Positions 8,822 to 19,243 of a stretch of DNA of 64,000 bases are shown here, one piece after another (position 1 is the stretch's first letter; each line of letters opens with the position of its first letter). Location: the NCBI GenBank assembly GCA_963835065.1, contig CAWIEK010000050.1, positions 65,842-129,841 of the forward strand, written 5' to 3'. This DNA comes from an uncultured Chthonomonadaceae bacterium (lineage in GTDB: Bacteria > Armatimonadota > Chthonomonadetes > Chthonomonadales > Chthonomonadaceae). Below the pieces are notes generated by a model that did no database searches, was not told the DNA's origin, and saw nothing but the letters and a program-made list of their open reading frames with translations. The translations under genes were made by a program, and so were the position numbers.

Positions 8822-11461
8822 TCAGGCGATTTCCTCGTATATATTGAGTAACTCGTCTACTCTGTGGGCGCAGGTGTGGCGGGACAGGATGGTTTGCAGG
8901 CCATGCCGCGCCAGGGCGTCTGCTTTGTCCGGGTTTTCAAGCAGGGTTTGCAGGTGGCGCTGCATTTCCTGTCCATTCTGCGCGACAAGATAATCCTCGC
9001 CCGGCGTGAATAGATGCTCCGCATCGTTCCAGGGCGAGCAAACGAGAGGAATCCCACACGCCAATGCCTCGAACACCCGAATTGTCGGGATACCCGGCAG
9101 GAAACGCACATACGGCCCGCGCGGAATATGGACCGTGACGCGATATTGGGCGAACACGTCCGGGGCTTCGTGGTTGGGCAATCCGCCCCCGTATTCAATG
9201 CCCGCTTCCGCCAGCGCGCGAAACGCATGTTCCGGGTAGCGCACCCCGTAAACCCGCGCCCGCACTCCCAACGCCTTCACCGGCTCCAAGAGAAACTCAT
9301 GCAGTTCCGCTGTCCGCTCCTCATCGCCCCAATTGCCGATCCAGACCAAATCCCCACTCAGGGAGCAGGGAACAGGGAACAGGGAACAGGAGGCTATTGG
9401 CTGTGCTGAACTTGCTTGAGAAAAAGAAGTATTTGTATTCTGTTCCCTGTTCCCTGTTCCCTGCTCCCTTGCCGGCTTGAACACCCGCGCGTCCGCCGCC
9501 TCGTGCCAGGTCCAGGCGCGGCGCGTCCAGCCTTCCGTCAGATACAAGTCGCGGATGATGCTGCCGAAGGCGAGAACGCCGTCGTAGCCGCTCAGGTCGT
9601 AGGAGGCCATGCCCGCGCGATCCGTAACCGAGCGGTGGTGCGTGTCGTGGAACAGCAGGCGGTAGTGCGGGTTTGCCTGCCGGTGCTGTCCCAGGCGTTT
9701 CACAAGCGCGTGGTCGTTCCATTCATGCACGATTACCAGGCTTGCGTTTGCCAATACTTTATCAAGACGCAACAGGGCAGGCTCGTAGAAGATACTGTCT
9801 AAAGTCGGATAGGCGCGGTAAAAATCTTCCACGCCACTCGCGCCGCGATCCGCCAGCAGGTTTTGCAGGCTCCAGTTCTGGCACGGCTCATAAACAACGA
9901 CATCCAGGCCGCGCGCCTGCAATTCCGTCACAATGCCGCGCAGGAAATGGGCGTTGCCGTGATTCCAATCCGAGAGCAGGGAATGGCAGAAGATAACGAT
10001 TTGTCCGGGAACACTCACGGCAGCGATTCCTCCGGTTCGGGCGGAAAGGACAGGGCCGCGCTGTAGTGGGGAACCGCGGGCATGGGTGGTCAGCAGTTGC
10101 CCGTAAATATCCAGATAGCCGTCCGTCATGGCATCCAGCGTGTACAACTGTGCCCGTTCCCACGCCCGATTCGCCATTTCCTGCCGCAAATCAGGCTCGG
10201 CAATCAATTTCGACAAAGCGCGCCGCAAAGCGTCGGCATCATTGGGCGCAACGAACAGCGCTGCTTCGCCCCACACTTCCCGCAGACTGCCAATATCTCC
10301 CAATACCAGCGCGCAACCCGACAGCGCGGCTTCCAGCGCCGACAACCCGAACGGCTCATACCGCGCCGGAAGCGCATAAATCGCCGCCCGCGCATACCAG
10401 CCTGATAAGGCTTCGGGCGACAGCGCGCCGAGAAAGGATAAGGATGAAGGACCAGTTGATAGTTGATAGTTGATAGTTGATAGGGCATCCGTTGGTTCTG
10501 TCTTCTGTCTTCTGTCTTCTGTCTTCTCTCCTCCTGTTCCCTGTTCCCTGTTCCCTGTTCCCTTCTCCGCCGGATGCTGCGGACTGCCGGCGACATAGAC
10601 GGGCCAGGTGAGATGGGGGGCGGCTTGTTCCAGCAGGACGATGTTTTTGGCTTCATCCCAGGCGCGGCCTGCCGTGAGGATAAACGGTTCCTTTTCCGCG
10701 CTGTAGTATAGGGAATGTTGCCTGCCGTTCGGGATTACTTTCGCCTCGCAGAAAGACGGAGAAAGCAGAAAGGAGGAGTCCTCCTGCCCTTTGCCTTTTG
10801 CCTTTTGCCTTTTGCCTTCCTCAAGGCTGTAATGGTAGTCAAGCGCGCGCAGCATGGCGGAGGTGGGCGCGATTACGCAGTCGGCGGAGTGCAGGCCGAT
10901 GGTAATATGTTCGCGGTATTGGTTCCATTCCGGGGGCGCGGGTTCGCCCTTCACGGCCTGCCACCAGGAGAGAACGTCGGAGTGGGCGACAACAACCACA
11001 GGCGCGGCCCAGGGCAGAGCGGCATGGGCATAGCCGTTGAGGTGAACGATGTCCGGCGCATACTGTTCTTCCAATGCCAGCAGCCATTCGCCTGCCCGCG
11101 CCACATCCGCCCAACACTCGTGCATCCATTCCAGTTTGGCATTGCTGGAACACAGCGTCAGGCCGGGAATTTGCCGCGCCTGCATGGATTGCTGCGGGGA
11201 AGGCAAATCGCCCATTGTCGCCAGAACAACCTCAACGTCATGGGCGGACAAACCGCGCGCCAGGTCAAGCGCATACGTCCACACGCCGCCCACGCAGTCC
11301 GCCGTCATCAGGATACGACGAGGGTGGATATGCGCCCGTTCGCTGACCAGGCTGTGCGGCTGAACGCGGCGTTGGAGCGCGCGCCCGGTGCGGCCTGTGG
11401 GTGTGCCGTTGGCTCCGGCTTCGGGCAGATGCTGCCGGGTTCGGGAGAAAGAGTGTCTCAC
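8822..11461 (-). CDS. Bifunctional glycosyltransferase: N-terminal GT4/GT1-like domain fused to a CgeB-like domain
   Basis: 879-aa intact ORF. GTG start overlaps the upstream stop (GTGA). N-terminus RILMTADCVGGVWTYALDLA. The C-terminal half (VIFCHSLLSDWNHGNAHFLRG ... VFEALACGIPLVCSPWNDAE) parallels the two CgeB-like genes downstream. Confidence 0.85.
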   Translation of the reverse strand: MRHSFSRTRQHLPEAGANGTPTGRTGRALQRRVQPHSLVSERAHIHPRRILMTADCVGGVWTYALDLARGLSAHDVEVVLATMGDLPSPQQSMQARQIPGLTLCSSNAKLEWMHECWADVARAGEWLLALEEQYAPDIVHLNGYAHAALPWAAPVVVVAHSDVLSWWQAVKGEPAPPEWNQYREHITIGLHSADCVIAPTSAMLRALDYHYSLEEGKRQKAKGKGQEDSSFLLSPSFCEAKVIPNGRQHSLYYSAEKEPFILTAGRAWDEAKNIVLLEQAAPHLTWPVYVAGSPQHPAEKGTGNREQGTGGEKTEDRRQKTEPTDALSTINYQLSTGPSSLSFLGALSPEALSGWYARAAIYALPARYEPFGLSALEAALSGCALVLGDIGSLREVWGEAALFVAPNDADALRRALSKLIAEPDLRQEMANRAWERAQLYTLDAMTDGYLDIYGQLLTTHARGSPLQRGPVLSARTGGIAAVSVPGQIVIFCHSLLSDWNHGNAHFLRGIVTELQARGLDVVVYEPCQNWSLQNLLADRGASGVEDFYRAYPTLDSIFYEPALLRLDKVLANASLVIVHEWNDHALVKRLGQHRQANPHYRLLFHDTHHRSVTDRAGMASYDLSGYDGVLAFGSIIRDLYLTEGWTRRAWTWHEAADARVFKPAREQGTGNREQNTNTSFSQASSAQPIASCSLFPVPCSLSGDLVWIGNWGDEERTAELHEFLLEPVKALGVRARVYGVRYPEHAFRALAEAGIEYGGGLPNHEAPDVFAQYRVTVHIPRGPYVRFLPGIPTIRVFEALACGIPLVCSPWNDAEHLFTPGEDYLVAQNGQEMQRHLQTLLENPDKADALARHGLQTILSRHTCAHRVDELLNIYEEIA
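9361..9468. repeat. Heptamer hairpin cassette inside the GT CDS: (GGGAACA)n 9361-9390, spacer, (TGTTCCC)n 9440-9468
   Basis: 108 nt (36 codons), translated as [38 protein letters not shown]. Confidence 0.85.
10454..10562. repeat. Three adjacent heptamer arrays inside the GT CDS: (ATAGTTG)n 10454-10483, (TTCTGTC)n 10496-10529, (TGTTCCC)n 10534-10562
   Basis: Read directly. Translated on the minus strand as [36 protein letters not shown]. Confidence 0.85.
10788..10820. repeat. (TTTGCCT)x4 heptamer array inside the GT CDS
   Basis: cctttgccttttgccttttgccttttgccttcc; translated as KRQKAKGKGQ. Confidence 0.8.
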
Positions 11462-12495
11462 ATTCGCACCAGCGCTTTCATAAACCCGTCGGGCCGGTCG
11501 CGCGTCGCGTTCAGCGCGTCGCCGAGTTGTTCGAGAGGAAAAACGTTCGTATACAGCGCAAAGGGATCAAGCGTACCTTCCGCCACACGCTTCGCGGCTT
11601 CGCGGATGCCGTCTATGTAAATACGCTGTTCCCGCTCGTGCGCGTTGATAACATCCAGGCCGCGCCAGTTCCACAACTGCATATTGACTTGCCGCAGCCC
11701 GTCCTGATGATACCCCGCAATGAGAAGCCGCCCCCGTTCGCAGGCCAGTTCCGCCGCCAAATCCAGCGGCCACTGCTTGCCCACCGCTTCAATCACAACG
11801 TCGCACAACCGGCCTTCCGTCCACTGTTTTACCTGCTCGATAATCTGCCAGTGGTCTTCCAAAGGAAACGTTTCCATCGCGCCCATTTGCTTTGCCACAT
11901 CCAGCGCATACGGGCGGCGTCCAATGGCAATCACCCGCGCCCCTGCCTTCGCCGCAAGCCGGGTCAGCAGCGCGCCCAAAAAGCCGATGCCCACAATAGC
12001 GACCGTCTGGCCGGGGCGAATGTCGCTGCGGGCAAAGATGTTGAGGGCGCAGCCAAGCGGTTCACCCGGAAACGGCTTGCCATTCAGCGCGTCCGGCAGG
12101 GCAACGACGGCATGGCGATGGGCAAGATCGTATTCTGCGTAAGCGTTTTGCGATAGGGCCGCAACGCGATCCCCTGTTTGCCATTCCGTCACATCCGCGC
12201 CAACCGCGTCAATGCCCCCCCAGCCCTCATGTCCCAACGCGCCCGGAGCGAACGGATACGTAAACCAGGGCTGCCCCTGCCAGGGCGGCAGGTTGGACGC
12301 GCATACCCCGCAGCCTTCCAATTTAATGCGTACTTCATCGGGGCCGGGAACCGGTATCGGCACATTATCAATGCGTATCTGCCCCGGCTCCACAACAACA
12401 GCGGCGCGCATAAGATGGGTGTTGGACGTCGTTTCTGAGTTCAGCCGCCCGTATGCTGCTGTCAGGCGAGACATGTTCAAGTTTTGTTGCAACAT
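11458..12495 (-). CDS. Zinc-binding medium-chain alcohol dehydrogenase family protein
   Basis: GCGVCASN...GHEGWG motifs and Rossmann VAIVGIGFLGALL. The start is uncertain: by family convention MRAAVVVEPG at 12411 may be the true start. Confidence 0.85.
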   Translation of the reverse strand: MLQQNLNMSRLTAAYGRLNSETTSNTHLMRAAVVVEPGQIRIDNVPIPVPGPDEVRIKLEGCGVCASNLPPWQGQPWFTYPFAPGALGHEGWGGIDAVGADVTEWQTGDRVAALSQNAYAEYDLAHRHAVVALPDALNGKPFPGEPLGCALNIFARSDIRPGQTVAIVGIGFLGALLTRLAAKAGARVIAIGRRPYALDVAKQMGAMETFPLEDHWQIIEQVKQWTEGRLCDVVIEAVGKQWPLDLAAELACERGRLLIAGYHQDGLRQVNMQLWNWRGLDVINAHEREQRIYIDGIREAAKRVAEGTLDPFALYTNVFPLEQLGDALNATRDRPDGFMKALVRM

Positions 12496-12507
12496 TGGAA
12501 CTTGTTG

Positions 12508-13626
12508 TCATACCGTCAAGCCTCGTTTTGCCAGTTCCGCGTGGGCTTCGGCGATGCGGTCATGGGCGACTTGCCCTTGCAGCCATTCAGCCAACTCCTT
12601 CATGCCGTCTTCCAGCGTGACGCGGGGTTCGTAGCCCAAAATCTGCCGCGCATGGCTGATGTCGGCAAAGCAGTGCCGAATATCCCCGGCGCGGTACTGC
12701 TTGGTGATTTCCGGCGCGAGATGTTCGCAATTCAATGCGCCCGCCATCCGCTCCGCAACTTCGGCAATGGCATACGGACGCCCGCTGCCGACGTTGAAGA
12801 CATGCCCCGCCGCGCCGGGCGTTTCCATTGCCAGCCGACACGCGAGTGCAATGTCGTACACGCTGACAAAATCCCGGCGCTGGCAGCCATCTTCAAAAAT
12901 CATGGGCGCGCGGTTGTTCAGGAAGCGGGACGCGAAAATCGCCAGGACGCCCGTATAGGGGTTGGAAAGCGCCTGCCGCGTTCCGAACACGTTGAAAAAG
13001 CGCATGGCGACGGTGGGAATTTTATATGCCCGCCCCGTAATCAGGCAAAGCCGCTCCTGATCGTACTTGGAAAGCGCGTAGACGGACGACAGGCAGGGCG
13101 TTTTGGATTCGGGAGTGGGGAGGGGAGAAAGCGCGTCGCCGTTCGCGTCCCGCGCTTCCCAATCGTGCCGCTTCAACTGCTCCACGCTGCGTTCCTGCCC
13201 CTGCACGAGCCGGCCATCCGGCGCGCGGTACAAGCCTTCGCCGTACAAACTCATACTGGACGCCACAACCAGCCTTTCCACAGGCGTTTCCACTAAGGCT
13301 TCCAGCAGAACCGCCGTGCCCCGATTATTCACGTCGGTGTACTCATTGATCTGGTACATGCTTTGCCCGACGCCCACAAGCGCGGCAAAGTGGTACACGG
13401 CATCTACGCCCTTCAAGGCCGCCCGCACTTTCGCCGGGTCGCGTACATCGCCGACAACAAGTTCCACATCAGGATGCAGGTAAGCGGGACGCGCCGCATT
13501 GGAACCATGTACTTGCGGAAGCAGATTATCCAGAGCGCGCACTTTATAGCCGTGTCGCAGCAATTCGTCCGCTAGATGTGAGCCAATGAAACCGGCCCCA
13601 CCCGTAATCAACACACATTTTCGCAT
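12508..13626 (-). CDS. NAD-dependent epimerase/dehydratase (extended SDR)
   Basis: MRKCVLITGGAGFIGSHLADELL (GxxGxxG) and YALSK catalytic-type motif. First gene of the minus-strand operon. Confidence 0.9.
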   Translation of the reverse strand: MRKCVLITGGAGFIGSHLADELLRHGYKVRALDNLLPQVHGSNAARPAYLHPDVELVVGDVRDPAKVRAALKGVDAVYHFAALVGVGQSMYQINEYTDVNNRGTAVLLEALVETPVERLVVASSMSLYGEGLYRAPDGRLVQGQERSVEQLKRHDWEARDANGDALSPLPTPESKTPCLSSVYALSKYDQERLCLITGRAYKIPTVAMRFFNVFGTRQALSNPYTGVLAIFASRFLNNRAPMIFEDGCQRRDFVSVYDIALACRLAMETPGAAGHVFNVGSGRPYAIAEVAERMAGALNCEHLAPEITKQYRAGDIRHCFADISHARQILGYEPRVTLEDGMKELAEWLQGQVAHDRIAEAHAELAKRGLTV

Positions 13627-13897
13627 CAGGTCTCTCCCGGTTGGTTGGTTTGGGATGGTTCGGTGAAGCAGCGTCGGAGGTGCAAACGCAGCGCAAGCAG
13701 TAACATCTTCTACTTGTTCATCTTCTGCAAGGAAGACGGACGAACAAAGATGCTAGTTCCGGGAAATAAGTATATGGCTGCAAAATATATCTTTTGGCAG
13801 ACGTGCAGGTAGATAAAACTTTGTGGAGTGGCGTAAACAAGCATGAGGAACGGCAGAATTCATTCTCTATTCAGTCTCTATAGTGTTGTAAAGCGTT

Positions 13898-13929
13898 GGC
13901 AAGCCTTGCAGCCTAAAGGAAGGCTTGCC
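13898..13929 (-). terminator. Hairpin downstream of the small minus-strand ORF
   Basis: 10-bp stem ggcaagcctt / aaggcttgcc with a 12-nt loop; weak T tract. Confidence 0.35.
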
Positions 13930-13947
13930 GACGACGTGAGCCTGAAA

Positions 13948-14121
13948 TCAGGGGATGGAGTTGCCGTCCCAGACGTGTTCCGGGTCGGGGTAGAAGGTCA
14001 CGGTGCTGCTGCTGACCGTGCCGGTCGTGTGCAGGAGGACGAACCAGCCGCCAGGCACTTTGGCGCGATAGACCTCACACAGATACGGATGATTCTTGAG
14101 ATGTTGCCACTCGATAGACAT
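13948..14121 (-). CDS. Small hypothetical protein (57 aa), below the ORF-track length cut-off
   Basis: My translation: MSIEWQHLKNHPYLCEVYRAKVPGGWFVLLHTTGTVSSSTVTFYPDPEHVWDGNSIP. AGGAA-type RBS upstream; non-repetitive, protein-like composition. Confidence 0.4.
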   Translation of the reverse strand: MSIEWQHLKNHPYLCEVYRAKVPGGWFVLLHTTGTVSSSTVTFYPDPEHVWDGNSIP

Positions 14122-14324
14122 TGCCTGTTCCTTTCCGCATTGACCGGGGCATTCATGCGCAAACGGACTGCCGCATGAAAATGTCCAAACACCTGTTATC
14201 GAACATCGGAATACCGCGTATTTTCAACTATTCTACCTCTCACTCCCCCTTTTTAATAGATTGGCCGTAATTTTCGTTTTGGTTCGTGTCTTTCGCGGTT
14301 CTTTCTCTTCTTATTTTTTCCTCT

Positions 14325-17300
14325 TTACGCCTGACGGCGATGGCGGCGGATTACGCAGCCCGCGCCGCACAGCAGCAGGCCGAACGTGACGACGGTTCCG
14401 GCTTCGGGGATGGGCGCGTCCTCAACGTGAAGTGTGCCGATGCCTGCTGCGTCGTTGTAGGTGACGGTGTAGGTATAGCCGTTGTTGAGGGACATGATGT
14501 TGTCGAACGCGCCGACGCGGTTCTGATAAGTGAGGAAATCGAACGTTTCGCCGACGACGGGGTTGAAACTGTTGAGCAACTGCACGTCAAGTGTGCCTTG
14601 CAGCGCGGCGGTGTTGGACACACTGAACAGATCGTAACTGCTGCCCTGCCCCGTTCCTCCCAATTTCACCAGTTCTGCCCCGCCCGCGCCCTGCGTGTAA
14701 TTACCGATGAGCGACAAATGCCCGGCAGTGGTGTCACTTCCCGCCGTAACGGTTCCGCCCGTATTGTTGATATTGCCGGTAATGGTTCCGTTCCCCTCCA
14801 CCGCGCCGCCCTGCACCGTAAAGATGTTGGCGTTCGTAACCGCGCCGTTGACAATGGTTTTGGAACCGCTGCCGGTCTGCTGGAAGATGTTGCTGTTGAC
14901 CGTAGCCGCAGAGCCGGAAGCAACTGTCAGCGTACCGCCTGCGGCATTGGTGAAGGTGGGGGCGTTGACAGTCAGGGCGTTGCCATTGGAAGCCGTAATG
15001 CTGCCGGTGTTGTTGAAGGTGGCGACAAAAGCGCCATTGCCGCCTAACGTGGTAGTGTTGCCACTAACATTAGCATTGATGGTAGCCGCCGTGTTGAGCG
15101 TGCTGGCCGTGCTATTGAGGTTGGCACTGTTGCCGAGGCCGCCGATCCTGCCGGAGAGTGTCACGCCACTGCCCAGGGTGTAAAACGCCGTTGTACCACT
15201 CACGCCCTCAAAGTTGATGTTGCTTGCAGTTGTATTTGTTCCCGTATTGCCGAAGAGGATGTTGCTGCTGTTGAGGTTGGTTGCGCCTCGGATACTGAGA
15301 GTGGAACCGTTGTTGAGGCCGAAACTGGTGGAACTGAGATTGACTCCGTTAAGGTACAGCAAGTCGCCGGTGATGCTCGCTCCGTTGGCTGTTGTGAGAC
15401 CGCTGCCTGCCAATGTGCCGCTGCCACTGGTCAGATGGCTGATAGTGGCGGTTCCATTGTTGGTGAGCGTCTGCCCGCTGAGGTTGAGAATGCTGGTGTC
15501 GGTGACGTTGAGGGTGGCTCCGAGCGTTGAGCAGGTCGTGGTGTTGAGGAGCAGCGTTCCGCCGCCACTCGGTGATGTACGCCGCCGGCTGCGCGTTGGT
15601 GAAGTTGGCGAGCATTGAGGTTGAGATTATTACCATGAACTCGCCGTAATGCTGCCGGTGTTGTTGAGAGTGGTGACATAGTTGCTGCCGCCTGCGCCAA
15701 GCACCGTTGTATTGCCGCTGACACGTTGGCGTTGATGGTTGCCGCAGTGTTGAGTGATGCTTTGACCATGCTGTTGAGATTGGCGCTGTTGCCGATGCCC
15801 CCAATCCTGCCGGAGAGAGTGACTCCTGAACCGAGCGAGTAGACGGCAGTGGAGTTGCTCACGCCCTCAAAGTAAACAGATACTGGCAGTGGTATTGTTG
15901 CCCGTGTTGCTGAAGGATAATGGATGCTTCTGTTGAGGTTGGTTGCGCCGCGAATGCTGAGAATGGAACCGTTGTTGAGGTTGAAACTGCCGCGTATTGA
16001 GGAGGGAACGCCATTAAGGTACAGCAGTGTCGCTGTTCAGCGTGGCGGTGTTGATAGAGTAGGCGCTGCTGCCGGCCAGTGTGCCGCTGCCACTGGTGAG
16101 AGTTGCTGATAGTTGGCATGTTGCCGTTGTTGGTAAGCGTGCTGACCGTTGAGAGGTCTAGAGGACTGCTGGTGTCGGTGACATTCAGCGTGGCTCCTGC
16201 AGCGTTGAGCAGCGTTGGTATTGAGGCGCAGCGTTCCGCCGCCGCTTCGGTGTTTACTGCCACCACTGCGGCGTTGGTGAAGTTGAGAAGCATTGAGGTT
16301 GAGGTTATTACCTTGCATCGCCGTAATGCTGCCGGTGTTGTTGAGGGTGGTGACATAGTTGCTGCCGCTTGCCGCCAAGCGTGGTTGTATTGCCGCTGAC
16401 GTTGGCGTTGATAGTGGCGGCAGTGTTGAGGATGCTGACCGTACTGTTGAGATTGGCGCTGTTGCCGATGCCGCCAATGCTGCCGGAGAGAGTAACCCCG
16501 GAACCGAGCGTGTACGACGGCAGTGGCGTTGCTCACGCCCTCAAAGTAAATAGAACTGGCAGTCGTGTTCGTTGCCCGTGTTGCCGAAGATAAGGCTGCT
16601 GTTGTTGAGATTGGTGGTGCCGCGTATGCTGAGAGTGGAACCGTTGTTGAGGTTGAAGGCTGGTGCGAATTGACGATTGGCTCCGTTGAGGTACAGCAAG
16701 TCGCCGGTGATGCTCGCTGCCGTTGGCTGGAGTAGAGGCCGCTGCCGGTAAGTGTGCCGCTGCTGCTGGTCAGGTTGCTGATAGTGGCGGTGCCATTGTT
16801 GGTGAGCGTGCTGCCCGTGCAGGTTGAGAATGCTGGTGTCGGTGACATTGAGCGTCGCGCCGACTGGCGTTGACAGCGCTGGTGTTTAGAAGCAACGTAC
16901 CGCCGCCGCCTTCGGTCAGTACGCCGCCTGCGGCATTGGTGAAGTTGGCGGCGTTGACAGTCAGGGCGTTGCCGTTGCTGGCGGTAATTGTCCGGTGTTG
17001 TTGAAGGTGGCGACAGCAGTGCCATTGCCGCCTATAGTAGTGGTATTGCCGGACACATTCGCGTTGATAGTGGCGGCGCTGTTGAGTGTACTGGCCGTGC
17101 TGTTGATGCTGGCGCTGCTGCCAATGCCGCCGATGCGTCCGCTCAACGTCGTGCCACTTCCAAGCGCGTAGACGGCAGTGGAACCGCTTACGCCCTCAAA
17201 GTTGATGTTGCTTGCGGTTGTATTTATGCCTGTGTTGCCGAAGAGGATGTTGCTGCTGTTGAGGTTAGTTGCGCCGCGGATGCTGAGAGTGGAACCGTTG

Positions 17301-18883
17301 TTGAGGTTAAGGCTTGCCGCATTGACGCTGGCTCCGTTGAAGTAAAGTGAATTGCCGCTGAGATTGACGCTGCTGATGGTAGTAAGAGACCGCTGCCCGT
17401 CAGTGTGCCACTGTCACTGCTCAAGTTGCTGATGGTGGCGGTTCCATTGTTGGTGAGCGTGCTGCCCGCTGAGGTTGAGAATGCTGGTGTCGGTGATGTT
17501 GAGGGTGGCTCCGGCAGCATTGGTGGCGCTGGTGTTTAGAAGCAACGTACCGCCGCCGCCTTCGGTCAGTGTGCCGCCTGCGGCATTGGTGAAGTTGGCG
17601 GCATTGAGGTTGAGATTGTTGCCATTAGAAGCCGTGATGCTGCCGGTGTTGTTGAACGTCGTAACGGCAATGCCATTGCCGCCCAGCGTGGTGGTGTTAC
17701 CGCTGACGTTGGCGTTGATGGTGGCAGCAGTGTTGAGCGTGCTGGGAGTGCTGTTGATGTTGGCGCTGCTGCCGATGTTGCCGATCCTGCCGGAGAGTGT
17801 CACGCCACTGCCCAAGCGTGTAGACGGCAGTGGAACCACTCACGCCCTCAAAGTTGATGTTACTGGCGCTCGTGTTCGCGCCCGTGTTGCCGAAGAGGAT
17901 GTTGCTGCTGTTGAGGTTGGTTTGCCCCGGATGCTGAGAGTGGAGCCATTGTTGAGGTTAAGGCTTGCCGCATTGACGCTGGCTCCGTTGAAGTAAAGTG
18001 AATTGCCGCTGAGATTGACGCTGCTGATGGTATAAAAACCGCTGCCCGTCAGTGTGCCACTGTCACTGCTCAAGTTGCTGATGGTGGCGGTTCCATTGTT
18101 GGTGAGTATGTTGCCGCTGAGGTTGAGGATGCCGTTGCCGTCTACGGTGAGTGTGCCCGTATTCGCGTTGACAGTGCCACTGGTGTTCAAGAGCAGTGTG
18201 CCATCGGTGACGCGCAGGGTTCCGCTGTTGGTGAAGTTGGCGGCATTGAGGTTGAGATTGTTGCCATTAGAAGCCGTGATGCTGCCGGTGTTGTTGAACG
18301 TCGTAACGGCAATGCCATTGCCGCCCAGCGTGGTGGTGTTACCGCTGACGTTGGCGTTGATGGTGGCAGCAGTGTTGAGCGTGCTGGGAGTGCTGTTGAT
18401 GTTGGCGCTGTTGCCGAGGCCGCCAATGCGTCCGCTCAACGTCGTGCCACTGCCCAATGTGTAAACCGTTGCTGTGCCGCTCGCGCCTTCAAAGTAAATG
18501 TTGCTGGCGCTCGTATTCGCGCCCGTATTGCCGAAAAGGATACTGGCGACGTTGAGGGTCGGGCTGTTTTGCAGGTCGAGAACGGAACCGTTGTTGAGGT
18601 CAATCACGTCCGGGTTGATGGTGATGCCGTTGACCAGCACGGTAGCGGCGTTGATGAAAGCGGTATCGCCCGCCGTCGGTACGCGGTTCGCAGACCAGTT
18701 CGCGGCTACGTTGAAAAGATTATTGACACTGCCCAGCCAGTTGATTGTGTCCGTACGCGCCTGATGCGCGGCCAGACTGCCCGCAAGCAACAGCGATACG
18801 GTTCCGACGCGCTTTACTGCCACAAGACGGCAACCTCGACGGCGCAGGCGCGGCTTCCGCCACGCGGCAAAGTTTGCAAACAT
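14325..18883 (-). pseudogene. Giant repetitive surface protein with PEP-CTERM-type anchor, broken into many frames
   Basis: N-terminus MFANFAAWRKPRLRRRG...LLLAGSLAAHQA (signal-like). The repeated module is ...NANVSGNTTTLGGNG.AVTTFNNTGSITASNGN.L.LNA..FTNAAGGTLT.... C-terminus PIPEAGTVVTFGLLLCGAGCVIRRHRRQA. The sensible translation hops between ORFs 17840..19036, 17414..17839, 17224..17520, 16961..17146, 16037..16477, 15431..15862 and 14325..15413. Confidence 0.7.
14700..18500. repeat. Tandem ~640-670-bp DNA repeats (at least 6 copies) forming the body of the PEP-CTERM gene
   Basis: About 180 nt are identical between 17589-17768 and 18230-18410. The marker ggctccgttgaagtaaagtg recurs at 17331 and 17981. 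Confidence 0.8.
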
Positions 18884-19243
18884 CGTAAATCTGACCCTTC
18901 CGAGAATAATTACAACATAAGAAGTACAACCAAGCGCAGAGAGTTGAGAACCAACGCGAACACGCCGTACCAATAGCGGATGGCTGCAATACGCCGCCTG
19001 CAAAATATACGGCAATACGCGCCTGATTTCCTGCAAGATTTACAGTGTTTTACGTATTTTTCGATAAATTTATTTTCTGCCGCATTAATGTGTCTATTGT
19101 CTTGATTAAAGCGGCCTTTTAATGCGGATGCGCGTTGTCGCAACTTTGCGGGCAGTTCCCTTTATCCGCAGACAGAAAGACTTTCTGCAAAGCGTACGTC
19201 TTAAATGTGTTGACATGCAGCGCAGAAGGAATGTCGCTCACGT

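Noticed and set aside
9361-10562. Could the short repeat arrays be CRISPR arrays?
   Set aside because: The units are 7-10 nt and directly tandem with no unique spacers of 25-40 nt. The arms are inverted copies of each other, and no cas genes are present.
15859-17025. 388-aa minus-strand ORF (and 15349..15804, 16037..16477 in part) inside the repetitive region
   Set aside because: The translation is Arg/Gln/His-rich nonsense (..QQRQRPDCQRRQLHQCRRRR..). It is an out-of-frame reading of the same repeats, whose sensible frame gives the N/T/G-rich adhesin modules.
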